Below, one piece after another: positions 45,849 through 56,116 of a stretch of 64,000 nucleotides of DNA. Location of the stretch: contig JBBRVX010000001.1 of assembly GCA_038246475.1 (NCBI GenBank), forward strand, positions 16,501 to 80,500. Direction: 5' to 3'. The position numbers and the translations under genes were made by a program. The stretch comes from Thermomicrobiales bacterium (GTDB lineage: Bacteria > Chloroflexota > Chloroflexia > Thermomicrobiales > UBA6265). Position 1 is the first letter of the stretch. Every line of letters begins with the position of its first letter. The notes beneath the pieces were generated by a model. The model saw only the letters and a list, made by a program, of their open reading frames with translations, did no database searches and was not told where the DNA came from.

Positions 45849-47537
45849 TTACGGCCGCCGCCAGGTGCGGTCGGTGAGGGCGATCATCGCGTTTGCTTCT
45901 TCAGGTCCCCAGGAACCGGCTGGGTATGCGAAAGGACCAGGGGCGTCAGGCGCGGCAAACACATCGAGAATTGGTTGCACAATTGACCACTCGGCCTCGA
46001 CCTCGTCGCGGCGGGTGAAGAGCGTCGGATCGCCGCGGATCACGTCAAGCAAAAGCCGCTCGTACGCGTCGGGTCCCGCTTCGCCAAACGCTGAGCCATA
46101 GGAAAACTCCATACGCACCGGACGAATCAATGTCCCGGCGCCGGGAACCTTGGCGTTGAAACGAATGGCGATCCCTTCATCTGGCTGAATGCGCATCGAA
46201 ATAACGTCGGGCGACGGCTCCAGTTCGGCGCCGCCAAAGATCAGATGCGGCACTCTCTTCAAGGTGATGGCCACCTCGGTCACCCGGCGGGGCAGGCGCT
46301 TGCCGGTGCGCAGGAAAAAGGGCACCCCGTTCCAGCGCCAGTTCTCCACTTTCAGGCGGAGGGCTACATAGGTCTCGGTCTTGCTGTCAGGGGCGACGCT
46401 CGCTTCGTCCCGATAGCCGGGGACCGCAGTGCCGCCCACGAATCCCGGACCATATTGCCCGGGCACGACCCAGCGCCGCACTTCCTGTTCCCCGAGCGGA
46501 GGGACGACCGAGCGCAGCACTTTCACCTTTTCGTCGCGGACGGCATTGCCGCTGTAGCGAGCGGGCGGTTCCATGGCGACGACCGTCAACAACTGCAGCA
46601 GATGGCTTTGCACCATATCTCTCAGGGCCCCGGCGCTGTCGTAGTAGCCAGCCCGTCCTTCGACCCCGATCGACTCAGCGGCGGTGATCTGCACGTTGTC
46701 GACGTAGTTCCGGTTCCAGATCGGTTCGAAGATGATATTGGCGAAACGGAAGGCCAGGATGTTCTGAACCGTTTCCTTCCCCAGATAGTGATCGATGCGA
46801 TAAATCTGCCGTTCCGAGAAGGCGTCGGCCATCTCCTGAATGAGTTGACGCGCCGATTCGAGGTCGTGCCCGAATGGCTTTTCGACCACGATGCGCTGCC
46901 AGCCCTCGCTCGGTTCAAGGTAATTGGCCTGGCGTTCAGAGACACTGGCGGTCTCCAGCCCATGGATGATCGGCAGGAAGAAGTTCGGCGAGGTGGCCAG
47001 GTAGAAGATGCGGTTCCCCTTGGTTCCGCGTTCCGTATCGATGGCGCGCAGCCGCTCGCTGAGGCGGCTGTAGGTGAGGGGATCGCCGAAATCGCCCTGG
47101 ACGTAACTCAGCCCTTTGGCGAAGCCCTGCCACGTTTCTTCCGTGACGGGAGTTCGGGAGCCCGCGGTGACCGCTTCCCGCATTTTGGCGCGGAACTCGT
47201 CGTCGCTCCAGTCGCGGTGCGAGACGCCAACGACCGAAAAGCCCTCGGGGAGCGGTTGGCCCACGGCGAGGTCGAAGAGCGCCGGCATCAGTTTGCGCGA
47301 GGTGAGATCGCCGCTGACGCCGAAAATCACCATCGCGGCTGGCTGAACCGCGTGATCGAGTTGAGACGACCGGAGAGGGTTGACCGCCGCGTCGGCATGG
47401 GTCCAGGCATCGAAGGGCTGGGACCAGAGCTCCGAAGCATGGGGCAAGGTTGGACCAATGCCATCCCCAAGGTCGATGGTCCTGACCGTGTCACTCCCGG
47501 GCGATGGGGCCATCGGGGCGTCGTGCGGCTCGGTCAT
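45849..47537 (-). CDS. zwf: Glucose-6-phosphate 1-dehydrogenase (N-terminal ~60 aa extension or a mis-set start)
   Basis: IFGVSGDLTSRKL dinucleotide motif, the active-site RIDHYLGKE, and full-length similarity. Confidence 0.95.
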   Translation of the reverse strand: MTEPHDAPMAPSPGSDTVRTIDLGDGIGPTLPHASELWSQPFDAWTHADAAVNPLRSSQLDHAVQPAAMVIFGVSGDLTSRKLMPALFDLAVGQPLPEGFSVVGVSHRDWSDDEFRAKMREAVTAGSRTPVTEETWQGFAKGLSYVQGDFGDPLTYSRLSERLRAIDTERGTKGNRIFYLATSPNFFLPIIHGLETASVSERQANYLEPSEGWQRIVVEKPFGHDLESARQLIQEMADAFSERQIYRIDHYLGKETVQNILAFRFANIIFEPIWNRNYVDNVQITAAESIGVEGRAGYYDSAGALRDMVQSHLLQLLTVVAMEPPARYSGNAVRDEKVKVLRSVVPPLGEQEVRRWVVPGQYGPGFVGGTAVPGYRDEASVAPDSKTETYVALRLKVENWRWNGVPFFLRTGKRLPRRVTEVAITLKRVPHLIFGGAELEPSPDVISMRIQPDEGIAIRFNAKVPGAGTLIRPVRMEFSYGSAFGEAGPDAYERLLLDVIRGDPTLFTRRDEVEAEWSIVQPILDVFAAPDAPGPFAYPAGSWGPEEANAMIALTDRTWRRP

Positions 47538-47595
47538 CGCCTGCCGGTTGCCTCGGTCAGGTTGGCGTCCATCTCATCCCTCGTCACCATGCCGC

Positions 47596-49116
47596 TCACT
47601 CGCCTGCGACCGTCTGCCGGTCTACCTGCCATATCGTGTGAAAGATCCCTTCGCGGTCATGCCGCTGGTAGGTGTGCGCGCCAAAGTAGTCGCGTTGCGC
47701 TTGCACCAGATTGGCCGGTAGAGCTGATTGACGCAAGGTGTCGAAATAGTCGATCGCCGAAGAAGCCGCCGGCGCCGGAATGCCCCACGAGCGCGCGGTG
47801 ACATTCGTGCGCCGCGCGCCGCCGGCGCTGTCGTCTGACAGCTTGGCAATGTGAGGATCGAGGAGCAGATTCTCGAGGGTTGCGTTCTCCCGGTAGGCGC
47901 GCATGATGTCGGCAAGAAAGGCCGCGCGGATGATGCAGCCGCCGGTCCAGATGCGCGCGATCTCGGACAGATCGAGGGTCCAGGTGTAGGCGGTGCTCGC
48001 CGCGGCCAGCAGGGCCATCCCCTGTGCGTAGGAGGAAATCTTCGCGAAATAGAGCGAGTCCTGGAGCGCTTTGAGCGCCGCCTTGTTGCCCTCGCCGCCG
48101 CCAAGCAGTGTGGCTGCCGCTTCCGACCCGCTCGCCGCCGAGGGGCCCACCAGCACCTGACTGGCACGGAGTCTGAGCGCCCGCTGCGACGACAGCATGC
48201 GCGCGGCGACCGCGGCATCGATGGTCGGCACGGGGCTGCCGAGTTCGAGGGCGCTTTCGATGGTCCAGCGGCCGGTGCCTTTCTGCTCGGCCGCGTCGAG
48301 GATCAGGTCGACGAGCGGTTGCCCCGATTCGCGGTCGATATACCGCAAAACGTCGGCGGTGACCTCGATGAGATACGACTCGAGCGGACCAGCATTCCAG
48401 GCGGCAAAGACGGCGGCCATCTCAGCCGCCCCCATGCCGAGGGCGTTGCGCATCACATCGTACGTTTCGGCGATCAGTTGCATATCGCCATACTCGATGC
48501 CGTTATGAATCATTTTGACGTAATGACCGCTGCCGCCGGGACCGATGTACGTCACGCAGGGCCCATATGTTGTCTTGGCCGCGATGGCCATCAGCATCGG
48601 CTCGATGATGGCATAGGCCGCGCGGGATCCGCCCGGCATCAGGCTCGGGCCCCAGAGCGCGCCGAGCTCGCCGCCGGACACGCCCATGCCGACGAAATGG
48701 AGATTCTGCGCGGCAAGCTCGGCAGCGCGGCGCTCGCTATCACGAAAGTACGAATTGCCGCCATCGATGACGATATCGCCGGGATCGAGGAGGGGAGCCA
48801 GTTCAGCGAGCACCGCGTCGACCGGCACGCCGGCCTTCACCATCAGCACGATCTGACGCGGCCGTTCGAGTGCGGCCACCAGCGCGGGGAGGGTGGCGAC
48901 ACCGGTAATCCCCATACCGGCCGCCGGACCAGCCAGATACGCGTCGGTGACGGTAGTGGTGCGGTTGTAGACCACCAACGGATAGCCGTTGCGGGCAATG
49001 TTGAGCGCCAGATTCTCGCCCATGACCGCCAGCCCGATGAGCCCAACGTGGTGTTTCTGCTCAGTCACCGTGTGCCCAACTCCTCGCCTGTCGCCGGCGC
49101 GAGCGATTGTCCGCAT
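47596..49116 (-). CDS. gnd: 6-phosphogluconate dehydrogenase, decarboxylating (start possibly GTG 49068)
   Basis: VGLIGLAVMGENLALNIARNG, GGNSYF, MVHNGIEYGDMQLI-like KMIHNGIEYGDMQLI, and the C-terminal QRDYFGAHTY. Confidence 0.95.
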   Translation of the reverse strand: MRTIARAGDRRGVGHTVTEQKHHVGLIGLAVMGENLALNIARNGYPLVVYNRTTTVTDAYLAGPAAGMGITGVATLPALVAALERPRQIVLMVKAGVPVDAVLAELAPLLDPGDIVIDGGNSYFRDSERRAAELAAQNLHFVGMGVSGGELGALWGPSLMPGGSRAAYAIIEPMLMAIAAKTTYGPCVTYIGPGGSGHYVKMIHNGIEYGDMQLIAETYDVMRNALGMGAAEMAAVFAAWNAGPLESYLIEVTADVLRYIDRESGQPLVDLILDAAEQKGTGRWTIESALELGSPVPTIDAAVAARMLSSQRALRLRASQVLVGPSAASGSEAAATLLGGGEGNKAALKALQDSLYFAKISSYAQGMALLAAASTAYTWTLDLSEIARIWTGGCIIRAAFLADIMRAYRENATLENLLLDPHIAKLSDDSAGGARRTNVTARSWGIPAPAASSAIDYFDTLRQSALPANLVQAQRDYFGAHTYQRHDREGIFHTIWQVDRQTVAGE

Positions 49117-49177
49117 CGAGGCTCAAGTGTAGCGCCTGCTGCGGCCGCGTCTCGGGCCGCTTCTGTAGTTGGAGTGG

Positions 49178-49654
49178 TTAGGACTCTCGGAGCCCGGCGA
49201 CAGAGGCGCGCACGGCGTTGTTGAACCGCTGCACAGCGCCCAAAATCAGCGCCAGCTCCTGATCGGAATAGTCTTCGACGATCGCGGCCATCGCCTCGGC
49301 GAGGGTTGCGTAATGCGGGCCCAGTTCCCGCGCGGCGACCTCGACATAGGCATGGACGACGACGCGGCGGCGATCGGTGGGGTCGGCCTCGCGTCGGGCG
49401 TAGCCCCGCCGCTCCAAACGGTCGATGACGCCCGTAATGGCCCCCGTGGTCAACCCGGTCAAGGCGGCGAGCCGCCCGGCGGTCATTGGTCCATGCCGGC
49501 GTAGAAGATCGAGTGATTCGAGATCGGTTGGGTTGATCCCGGCGCGAGCCGCGATCGCCGTGCTGAGCAGCGTGGAAAGCCCTCCCGTCTCCGCCAGGAG
49601 TTCCATAAGGAGAGCACGGGCCACAGGAGCAGGCGCGGCATCGTGGGTTGACAT
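49178..49654 (-). CDS. MarR-family transcriptional regulator
   Basis: LRRHGPMTAGRLAALTGLTTGAITGVIDRLERRGYARREADPTDRRRV is the classic MarR wHTH. Confidence 0.88.
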   Translation of the reverse strand: MSTHDAAPAPVARALLMELLAETGGLSTLLSTAIAARAGINPTDLESLDLLRRHGPMTAGRLAALTGLTTGAITGVIDRLERRGYARREADPTDRRRVVVHAYVEVAARELGPHYATLAEAMAAIVEDYSDQELALILGAVQRFNNAVRASVAGLRES

Positions 49655-49681
49655 TAGACGCCATCTCCATTAGCATCTAAT

Positions 49682-49700
49682 TATCTTATTGAATAAGATA
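49682..49700. promoter_or_regulatory. Perfect 9-1-9 palindrome, probable MarR operator
   Basis: TATCTTATT-G-AATAAGATA in the AT-rich divergent region between the MarR gene and the monooxygenase gene. Confidence 0.6.
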
Positions 49701-49778
49701 CTATGGAATTCAGAGAAACGATAGCATGAGGAGAGTTCTGAATCGTATGGCTCAGAGCCCTCGAAGCGAAAGGACCTA

Positions 49779-50978
49779 TTGATGGCATCGACTGATCGAA
49801 GGCGGGCGCTGGTCATTGGCGGCGGCATTGCCGGACCGGCCACCGCGCTCGCCTTGCAAAAGGCCGGTTTTGCGGCGGATATCTATGAAGCGCGAGGCGC
49901 AGAAGAGAGCGAAGTCGGCGCCTGGCTCACGGTCGCCCCCAATGGCATCGCTGCCCTACGCGCCATCGACGTGGCGGATGCGTTTGCCGCCAGAGCGATG
50001 CCGACCGACGGCATTACCTTTCTCAACAGCCAAGGCACGATCATCGGCAGGATCGACCGGTTGCGAGCCGGGGAGAACATGGCGCTGGCCGCCAAGCGAA
50101 GCACCCTGCACGACGTGCTGCGAACGGAATTGGCCGCGCGCGACATTGCGATCTCCTATCACAAGCGGTTGGAGCGGATCGAAGAGACACCCGAAGGCGT
50201 CCGGGCCTGGTTCGAGGATGGCGAGCGTGCTGACGCCGATCTTCTCATCGCCTGCGATGGGTTTCGATCGCGAACGCGCGGCCTCCTTTTCCCAAATCTT
50301 CCTGCGCCCGTATTCACGGGGGTCCTGGGATGTGGCGGATTCGCCTCTCCGCAACCGGCGCTTCAGGTCACGGGAAGAACCGAGATGATCTTCGGCCACA
50401 AGGGCTTCTGGGGATCGCTGGCGACGCCAAACGGCGAAACTTGGTGGTTTGATTCCTTTCCCTGGCCAAACGAGCCAAAACCGGGTGAACTGGCCGCCCG
50501 ATCGGATGACGAATGGTTGCGCCTGCTGCGTGAGGTACATGCAGGCGATCCCGCTCCGATCGGGAATGTCCTTTCATCAGCCGCGGGTCCGATTACGGCC
50601 TGGCCGATGTACGACTCCCCGGCATTGCCGGCATGGAGCAAGGGCCGCGTCTGCCTGGCCGGGGACGCCGCCCATGCCATGCCCCCGTACGCGGGTCAGG
50701 GAGCGTCGATGGCGCTTGAGGATGCCGTGACCCTGGCGCGCTGTCTGCGGGATCTGCCCACGCCGGCAACGGCCTTCGCCGCGTTCGAGCGGATGCGGCG
50801 CCCTCGCATCGCGGCGGTTCTGAAAGAAGTCGCCCGCAACGGCGGGGACAGAGCACCTTCGAGCCCGATCGCGCTGAAGATGCGCGATACGTTCATGCCC
50901 CTCTTTCTGCGCCTGGGCCAGCGCCGCATGGCCGAGATCGTCGGAGCGCGCATTGACTGGGATCAGCGGGTCGCCTGA
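49779..50978 (+). CDS. FAD-dependent aromatic-ring monooxygenase (salicylate/PHBH-like)
   Basis: ALVIGGGIAGPATALAL GxGxxG motif, the LIACDG DG motif, and GDAAHAMPPYAGQGASMALED. Confidence 0.88.
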   Translation: MMASTDRRRALVIGGGIAGPATALALQKAGFAADIYEARGAEESEVGAWLTVAPNGIAALRAIDVADAFAARAMPTDGITFLNSQGTIIGRIDRLRAGENMALAAKRSTLHDVLRTELAARDIAISYHKRLERIEETPEGVRAWFEDGERADADLLIACDGFRSRTRGLLFPNLPAPVFTGVLGCGGFASPQPALQVTGRTEMIFGHKGFWGSLATPNGETWWFDSFPWPNEPKPGELAARSDDEWLRLLREVHAGDPAPIGNVLSSAAGPITAWPMYDSPALPAWSKGRVCLAGDAAHAMPPYAGQGASMALEDAVTLARCLRDLPTPATAFAAFERMRRPRIAAVLKEVARNGGDRAPSSPIALKMRDTFMPLFLRLGQRRMAEIVGARIDWDQRVA

Positions 50979-50997
50979 TGGTTGCCGGAGGGTGGGC

Positions 50998-52377
50998 CTA
51001 CGGCGCCAGCGTGCAGACCATCTCCGGCGAGAGCCAGGCGGGCGGCAGATAGGCGTTTGCCAGCGAGAGGGGCAGGGTTTCCGGCCGTAAGGTCAAACCC
51101 AACTCCCGTTGCATCAGCTCGCAATTGCGCTCGATGCGGGACCAGAGCGTCGGATGCCTGCTGGCAAGCTCCTCTCGCAACGCGTCATCAGCCAGGACAA
51201 TCGTGTCCTCACAGTTAAGGGCCGTTCCCGCGGGCAGCGGCGTAGGAATGATGTCACATTGCAGCGCCATCCCCGAGGCCAGCGGCGCCATGCCGTCCCG
51301 TTCGATCGGCGAGTGCAGCCATTCATCGTAGGAAATGAGGTGACCGGGGTTAAGCATCGGTCGGAACGACGCCCCAGCCTCCGCCAGCGCGGCGTCGACG
51401 GCGGCAAAGACCTCGCCGCCGGTCACGCCGATGCCGACGGTCGCATACCACGTGGCCTGAGCCAGGAAATAGGGACGCACGAAGTTCGTGAAGAAATCGA
51501 TGCCGACGGAGTCCTCCACAAGACCAGCCCGGCAGCAAAGTGAGCCCCAGTAGCCGATTCCCGAGGTAATGCCGTCTCCCATGGCGATCTGCCGCCCGCC
51601 AGGCGAACGCAGGCCGTTGATGGCTTCTCCTGGGGCGCCAGAGGCCACGATCGGGTGCATCGAGAGGGGCTCTCCGGCATACCCGAAGTGCGCGGCGACA
51701 TCGCGCTCGGTCATACCCGGGCGAAGCCCCTTCATGACCCGAAAGATCGCCTGGCTGGAGCGCAGCGCCGCCCAGGCGAACGCGGCAATCTGGTCGGCGC
51801 TGTTGCGCGAGCGCAATCCGTCGTCGGGGGCCATCAGCACAGCAGTCACGTCGATCGGCTCCGCGCCGGTGACCCGGCGCAGCGCATCAACGACTAGCGC
51901 GGGAACCCACGCGGGCCGGGAGGGATTGTCGCTCTCCGCGGAGGAGAGGTATTTCCAGCCGACGACGCCAACCCGATCTCCTGCTTCGAGCCCAGCCGCA
52001 ACCAAAGCGTCATGGAGATTCGGCGTCGATTCGCGCGGCTGCGCCATCAGGCTGAATCCCTGAAACAGGGAGATCTCCAGCTTCGGCCTGGCGACCATGG
52101 CGTGGACGATGCCTTCGTTGCCGACGAGCAAGATGCGCTGCCTTTCCGGCCCCAGCAACAGAAGCGCTTCTTCAAAGCGTGGGTCGAAGCCCGTCAGAAA
52201 CAGGAGATTGGCGCTGTGTTCGCGGTCACCGTAGACCGCGATCCATGGCGTACCCGCTCGCGCGCGTGTCTCATCGCAGCGCCGCTCGTACTCCGCGGCG
52301 GCGATTTCGGGTGGCTCTGGCGCCGCCTTTTCCACGGGCAACGGGACGGGGCGCAGAACCACCTCGGGCATAGTCAA
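50998..52377 (-). CDS. M24 (pita-bread fold) peptidase/creatinase-like protein
   Basis: Creatinase-like N-domain (ANLLFLTGFDP). C-domain with TERDVAAHF, MGDGITSG, NPGHLISYDE and NCEDTIVL. Some canonical metal ligands are not obvious. Confidence 0.55.
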   Translation of the reverse strand: MTMPEVVLRPVPLPVEKAAPEPPEIAAAEYERRCDETRARAGTPWIAVYGDREHSANLLFLTGFDPRFEEALLLLGPERQRILLVGNEGIVHAMVARPKLEISLFQGFSLMAQPRESTPNLHDALVAAGLEAGDRVGVVGWKYLSSAESDNPSRPAWVPALVVDALRRVTGAEPIDVTAVLMAPDDGLRSRNSADQIAAFAWAALRSSQAIFRVMKGLRPGMTERDVAAHFGYAGEPLSMHPIVASGAPGEAINGLRSPGGRQIAMGDGITSGIGYWGSLCCRAGLVEDSVGIDFFTNFVRPYFLAQATWYATVGIGVTGGEVFAAVDAALAEAGASFRPMLNPGHLISYDEWLHSPIERDGMAPLASGMALQCDIIPTPLPAGTALNCEDTIVLADDALREELASRHPTLWSRIERNCELMQRELGLTLRPETLPLSLANAYLPPAWLSPEMVCTLAP

Positions 52378-52427
52378 TACCTCTCTACAACCGATTGCCT
52401 ATGGGTAACGCGGCTTTCATCGCCGGT

Positions 52428-52510
52428 GTCATCCTGAGGAACGAAGGATCTCGGCTTTAAGTCGCGTACGTTCGCGGATAACACGAGATTCTTCGCAAGC
52501 TCAGAATGAC
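52428..52510. repeat. Inverted-repeat element (25/26-nt imperfect arms, 32-nt spacer)
   Basis: GTCATCCTGAGGAACGAAGGATCTC ... GAGATTCTTCGCAAGCTCAGAATGAC. The arms are imperfect reverse complements. Lies in the tal / M24-gene intergenic gap. Confidence 0.8.
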
Positions 52511-52530
52511 ACATCGTCGGGTTCGGGCGA

Positions 52531-53679
52531 TTAGTCCGCCGGGGACGCCGCCAACTGGGAGCGCTTGGCCTCGACGCCCTTGAGCAGCGCGTCGAAGCTC
52601 TTGGCGAAGGAGGCGATCCCTTCCTCTTCGAGCTGGTCGGTTACCGCATCGATATCGATGCCCGCCGCTTCGAGATCGGCCATCGTCTTGTGGGCGGCCG
52701 CGACTTCCGTGTCGATCGTGCGCGCCACCGTGCCGTGGTCCTGAAAGGCGATGATCGTCGGCCGGGGCATGGTGTTGACGGTGTGCGGGCCGATCAGCTC
52801 ATCGACATACATGGTGTCGGGATAGTCGGGATTCTTGACCGATGTCGATGCCCAGAGCGGTCGCTGGACAGAGGCCCCGGCAGCCGCCAGAGCGTCCCAG
52901 GCATAGCCAGCGAAGAGGCGTCCAAACGACTCGTAGGCGAGCTTGGCATTGGCGATCGCGGCCTTTCCCTTGAGGGAGGCGAGCCAGCCCTTGGTCGTCT
53001 CATCGCCCGCCGCGGCGATCTTTTCGTCGAGTTGCTTGTCCACCAGAGCATCGACCCGCGATACAAAGAACGACGCGACCGAGGCGATGCGGTTCACCGG
53101 CTGGCCGGCGGCGTGCCGCTCCGTCAGCGCCTCGATGTACGCCCGCGCTACACGCTCGTATGCCTCAATCGAGAAGAGGAGCGTCACGTTGATACTGATC
53201 CCGTCCAGCAGCATCTGCCGGATGACCGGCGTGCCCTCGATCGTGCCGGGGATCTTCACCATCAAGTTAGCCCGATCGACCGCGTGCCAAAGCCGCCGGG
53301 CGTCCTCGGTGGTTCGAGCCGCGTCGCGCGCGCCAAGCGGTGAGACTTCGATCGAGACGAATCCGTCGCCCCCTTCCGACTGGTCGTAGAGGGGCCGGAA
53401 GAGGTCGCAAGCGCCCTGAATATCACGCACCGCGACCGCTTCGAAAATGGAGGGGATATCAAGGTCCTGCCCCAACAGCCCGGTGATCTCCTCGTCGTAG
53501 GCTGAGCCAGCGGCAATCGCTTTCTCGAAAATGGTGGGATTTGAGGTCAGGCCGCGAATGCCGGTCTCCCGGATCGCCGTGAGAATCGCGCCCTGACTGA
53601 GCATGTCGCGGGAGATGTCGTCCTGCCAGGCGCTTTGCCCTTCGCGTGCGTAGAGTTCCTTTATGCGGTTGGTTGCCAT
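52531..53679 (-). CDS. tal: Transaldolase (long, actinobacterial-type)
   Basis: GQSAWQDDISRD, GLTSNPTIFEKAI and VKIPGT (catalytic Lys). GGAGG Shine-Dalgarno upstream. Confidence 0.93.
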   Translation of the reverse strand: MATNRIKELYAREGQSAWQDDISRDMLSQGAILTAIRETGIRGLTSNPTIFEKAIAAGSAYDEEITGLLGQDLDIPSIFEAVAVRDIQGACDLFRPLYDQSEGGDGFVSIEVSPLGARDAARTTEDARRLWHAVDRANLMVKIPGTIEGTPVIRQMLLDGISINVTLLFSIEAYERVARAYIEALTERHAAGQPVNRIASVASFFVSRVDALVDKQLDEKIAAAGDETTKGWLASLKGKAAIANAKLAYESFGRLFAGYAWDALAAAGASVQRPLWASTSVKNPDYPDTMYVDELIGPHTVNTMPRPTIIAFQDHGTVARTIDTEVAAAHKTMADLEAAGIDIDAVTDQLEEEGIASFAKSFDALLKGVEAKRSQLAASPAD

Positions 53680-53711
53680 GATGATCCTCCTAAAATGGTG
53701 CGAGAAATGCG

Positions 53712-55820
53712 CTAACTGCCCGGAATTGATTCAGCGAGATCGTCCCGGCCCAGCACCCGCAGCGCGGTAGCCGCGACATGCTGCGGCGTGAACCCGAAGT
53801 AGGCCAGCACTTCGTCGCCGGGACCCGAGGCGCCATAGCGGTCGATGCCGACGATCGCGCCGCGCTCCCCGACAAAGCGCTCCCAGCCGATCGTAACTCC
53901 CGCTTCGACCGCGACCCGCGCCGTTCCGGCCGGACCCAGCACCCGCTCCTGGTACGCCGCGTCCTGCGCCGCAAAGAGCTCCCACGACGGCATGCTGACC
54001 ACTCGGGCCAGCAGCCCGTGCTCCTTGAGTAAAGCCGCCGCGCCCACGGCAAGGGAGACCTCCGAACCGGTCCCGATCAGCACAACGTCGGGTTCGCCTT
54101 CGGTATCGGAGAGGATGTACGCGCCGTTGGCGAGCGAGCCCGAGGCATCGGAGCGATCGAGGATCGGCAGATCCTGCCGCGAAAAGATCAGCACGGCGGG
54201 CCCTTCAAGGGTCATGGCCACTCGCCAGGCATCGGCGGTTTCGTTCGCGTCAGCAGGACGGATAGTCACCAGATTGGGGATGGCGCGCAAGCTGAGCAGT
54301 TGCTCGATCGGCTCGTGGGTGGGACCGTCCTCGCCAACAGCGATGCTGTCGTGCGTAAAGACAAAGATCGCGTGCAGCTTGGCTATCGCTGCCAGACGAA
54401 TGGGGGGCCGCATGTAGTCGGCAAAGACGAGGAACGTGGCCGTGAAGGGGATCACCCCGCCATGCCCGGCCATGCCGGTGGCCGCCGATCCCATGGCATG
54501 CTCGCGAATCCCGAAGTGGATATTGCGCCCGCTGTACCCCCAGTCGCCCCCCGTCAAACCCTGGGCCGCTGGGTCAGGGGGAGTTGACCCCGACGCGAAG
54601 TCCCCCAGGCCTTTCATGGCGGTGTTGGTCGATGGGTTCAAATCGGCTGAGCCGCCGATGAAGTTCGGAACCTTTGGCGCGAAGGCGTTGATGACTTCGC
54701 CCGACGCCTTGCGGGTCGAGACCGGCTTCGCGCCGGCCTCCCAGGTGGGCAGGTCGCTGTCCCAGCCCTCCTGGAGCTTCCCGTCGAGGGCCAGCGTGAG
54801 CGCGGCGGCGGCCTCCGGATGAGCCACTTCATACTCCCGGTAGGCCCGCTTCCAGGCGGCTTCCAACTCGGCCCCACGCTGGCCTGGAGCGCGGAAGTGC
54901 GCTGCCACGCTGTCTGAAACGTAGAACGCCGGCTCCAGGGGATAGCCGAGCGCTTCCTTCGTCTTGGTGACGCCTTCCGGGCCGAGCGGCGATCCGTGCG
55001 AGCCGAAGTTGCCCGCCTTGGGCGAGCCGAAGCCGATCACCGTGCGCGCGCAAATCAGGGAGGGTCGATCGGTTTCCGCCTTGGCCGCGGTCAAGGCCGC
55101 GCGGACCTCATCCGTGTCGAGCCCGTCGATCTCCTGCACGTGCCAGCCGAGGGATCGAAAGCGGGCCGGAACATCTTCGGAGAAAGAAACGTTGGCGGTC
55201 CCTGCCAGGGTGATCTCGTTCTGATCGTAGAGATAGATCAGCTTGCCCAGGCCCAGGTGGCCGGCCAGCGACGCCGCCTCGGCCGCGACGCCCTCCATGA
55301 GATCGCCATCGGAGACGATGCCAAAGGTGAAGTGATCGATCACCGTGTGGCCCGTTCGATTGAACGACGCCGCCAGAAAGCGTTCGGCGATGGCCATGCC
55401 GACGCCATTCCCGAAGCCCTGCCCCAGGGGACCGGTGGTGACCTCCACGCCGGGAGTGTGCCGCCGCTCTGGGTGGCCCGGCGTCATGGAACCCAACTGC
55501 CGGAAGTTCTTCAACTCCTCCAGCGGCAAATCGTAGCCGGTGATGTAGAGCAGGCTATAGAGCAACGCCGAGCCATGGCCGGCAGAGAGGACGAAGCGGT
55601 CGCGATCGGGCCAATCGGGATTTTGCGGATTGAATTTCAGAAACTCGGTGAAGAGCACGTACGCCATCGGCGCCGCGCCCAGCGGCAAACCGGGGTGGCC
55701 GGAGTTGGCGGCCTGCACCGCGTCAATGGACAGGGCGCGCAGGGCATTGATTGATTCAGTTTCCAGATCAACAGCAGCGGGGGCGAGGGCGGACAAATGG
55801 ACCTCCTGGAAAGCCGCCAA
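53712..55820 (-). CDS. tkt: Transketolase
   Basis: [27 protein letters not shown], the ThDP motif GDG..MEG, and a 702-aa full-length architecture. Confidence 0.97.
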   Translation of the reverse strand: MAAFQEVHLSALAPAAVDLETESINALRALSIDAVQAANSGHPGLPLGAAPMAYVLFTEFLKFNPQNPDWPDRDRFVLSAGHGSALLYSLLYITGYDLPLEELKNFRQLGSMTPGHPERRHTPGVEVTTGPLGQGFGNGVGMAIAERFLAASFNRTGHTVIDHFTFGIVSDGDLMEGVAAEAASLAGHLGLGKLIYLYDQNEITLAGTANVSFSEDVPARFRSLGWHVQEIDGLDTDEVRAALTAAKAETDRPSLICARTVIGFGSPKAGNFGSHGSPLGPEGVTKTKEALGYPLEPAFYVSDSVAAHFRAPGQRGAELEAAWKRAYREYEVAHPEAAAALTLALDGKLQEGWDSDLPTWEAGAKPVSTRKASGEVINAFAPKVPNFIGGSADLNPSTNTAMKGLGDFASGSTPPDPAAQGLTGGDWGYSGRNIHFGIREHAMGSAATGMAGHGGVIPFTATFLVFADYMRPPIRLAAIAKLHAIFVFTHDSIAVGEDGPTHEPIEQLLSLRAIPNLVTIRPADANETADAWRVAMTLEGPAVLIFSRQDLPILDRSDASGSLANGAYILSDTEGEPDVVLIGTGSEVSLAVGAAALLKEHGLLARVVSMPSWELFAAQDAAYQERVLGPAGTARVAVEAGVTIGWERFVGERGAIVGIDRYGASGPGDEVLAYFGFTPQHVAATALRVLGRDDLAESIPGS

Positions 55821-56116
55821 GGGAGCGCACGCCGCAACGCGGCCAGCTTACCCGGCGTGGATCAGCATCAGGGCAACTCCCCGATCTCTTCACGAAGTAT
55901 CCCATGTCCTCTTTCCTGATTGAGGATGGGAGTTACGCGGACTCGACCTGGGATGGGGGCTACATGCCGCGCGGGCGCCCGTATTCGGTATGGCTGGACC
56001 TCCTGTATGATCATGCCGGTGCTTCAGGCGGAAATCCAAACACCTGAAACCATCTCACCGACGCGGCGGCGTGGGCGAGAAGCCTCGTTCCGGGCCTGCG
56101 CGCTGACGGTGGATGC

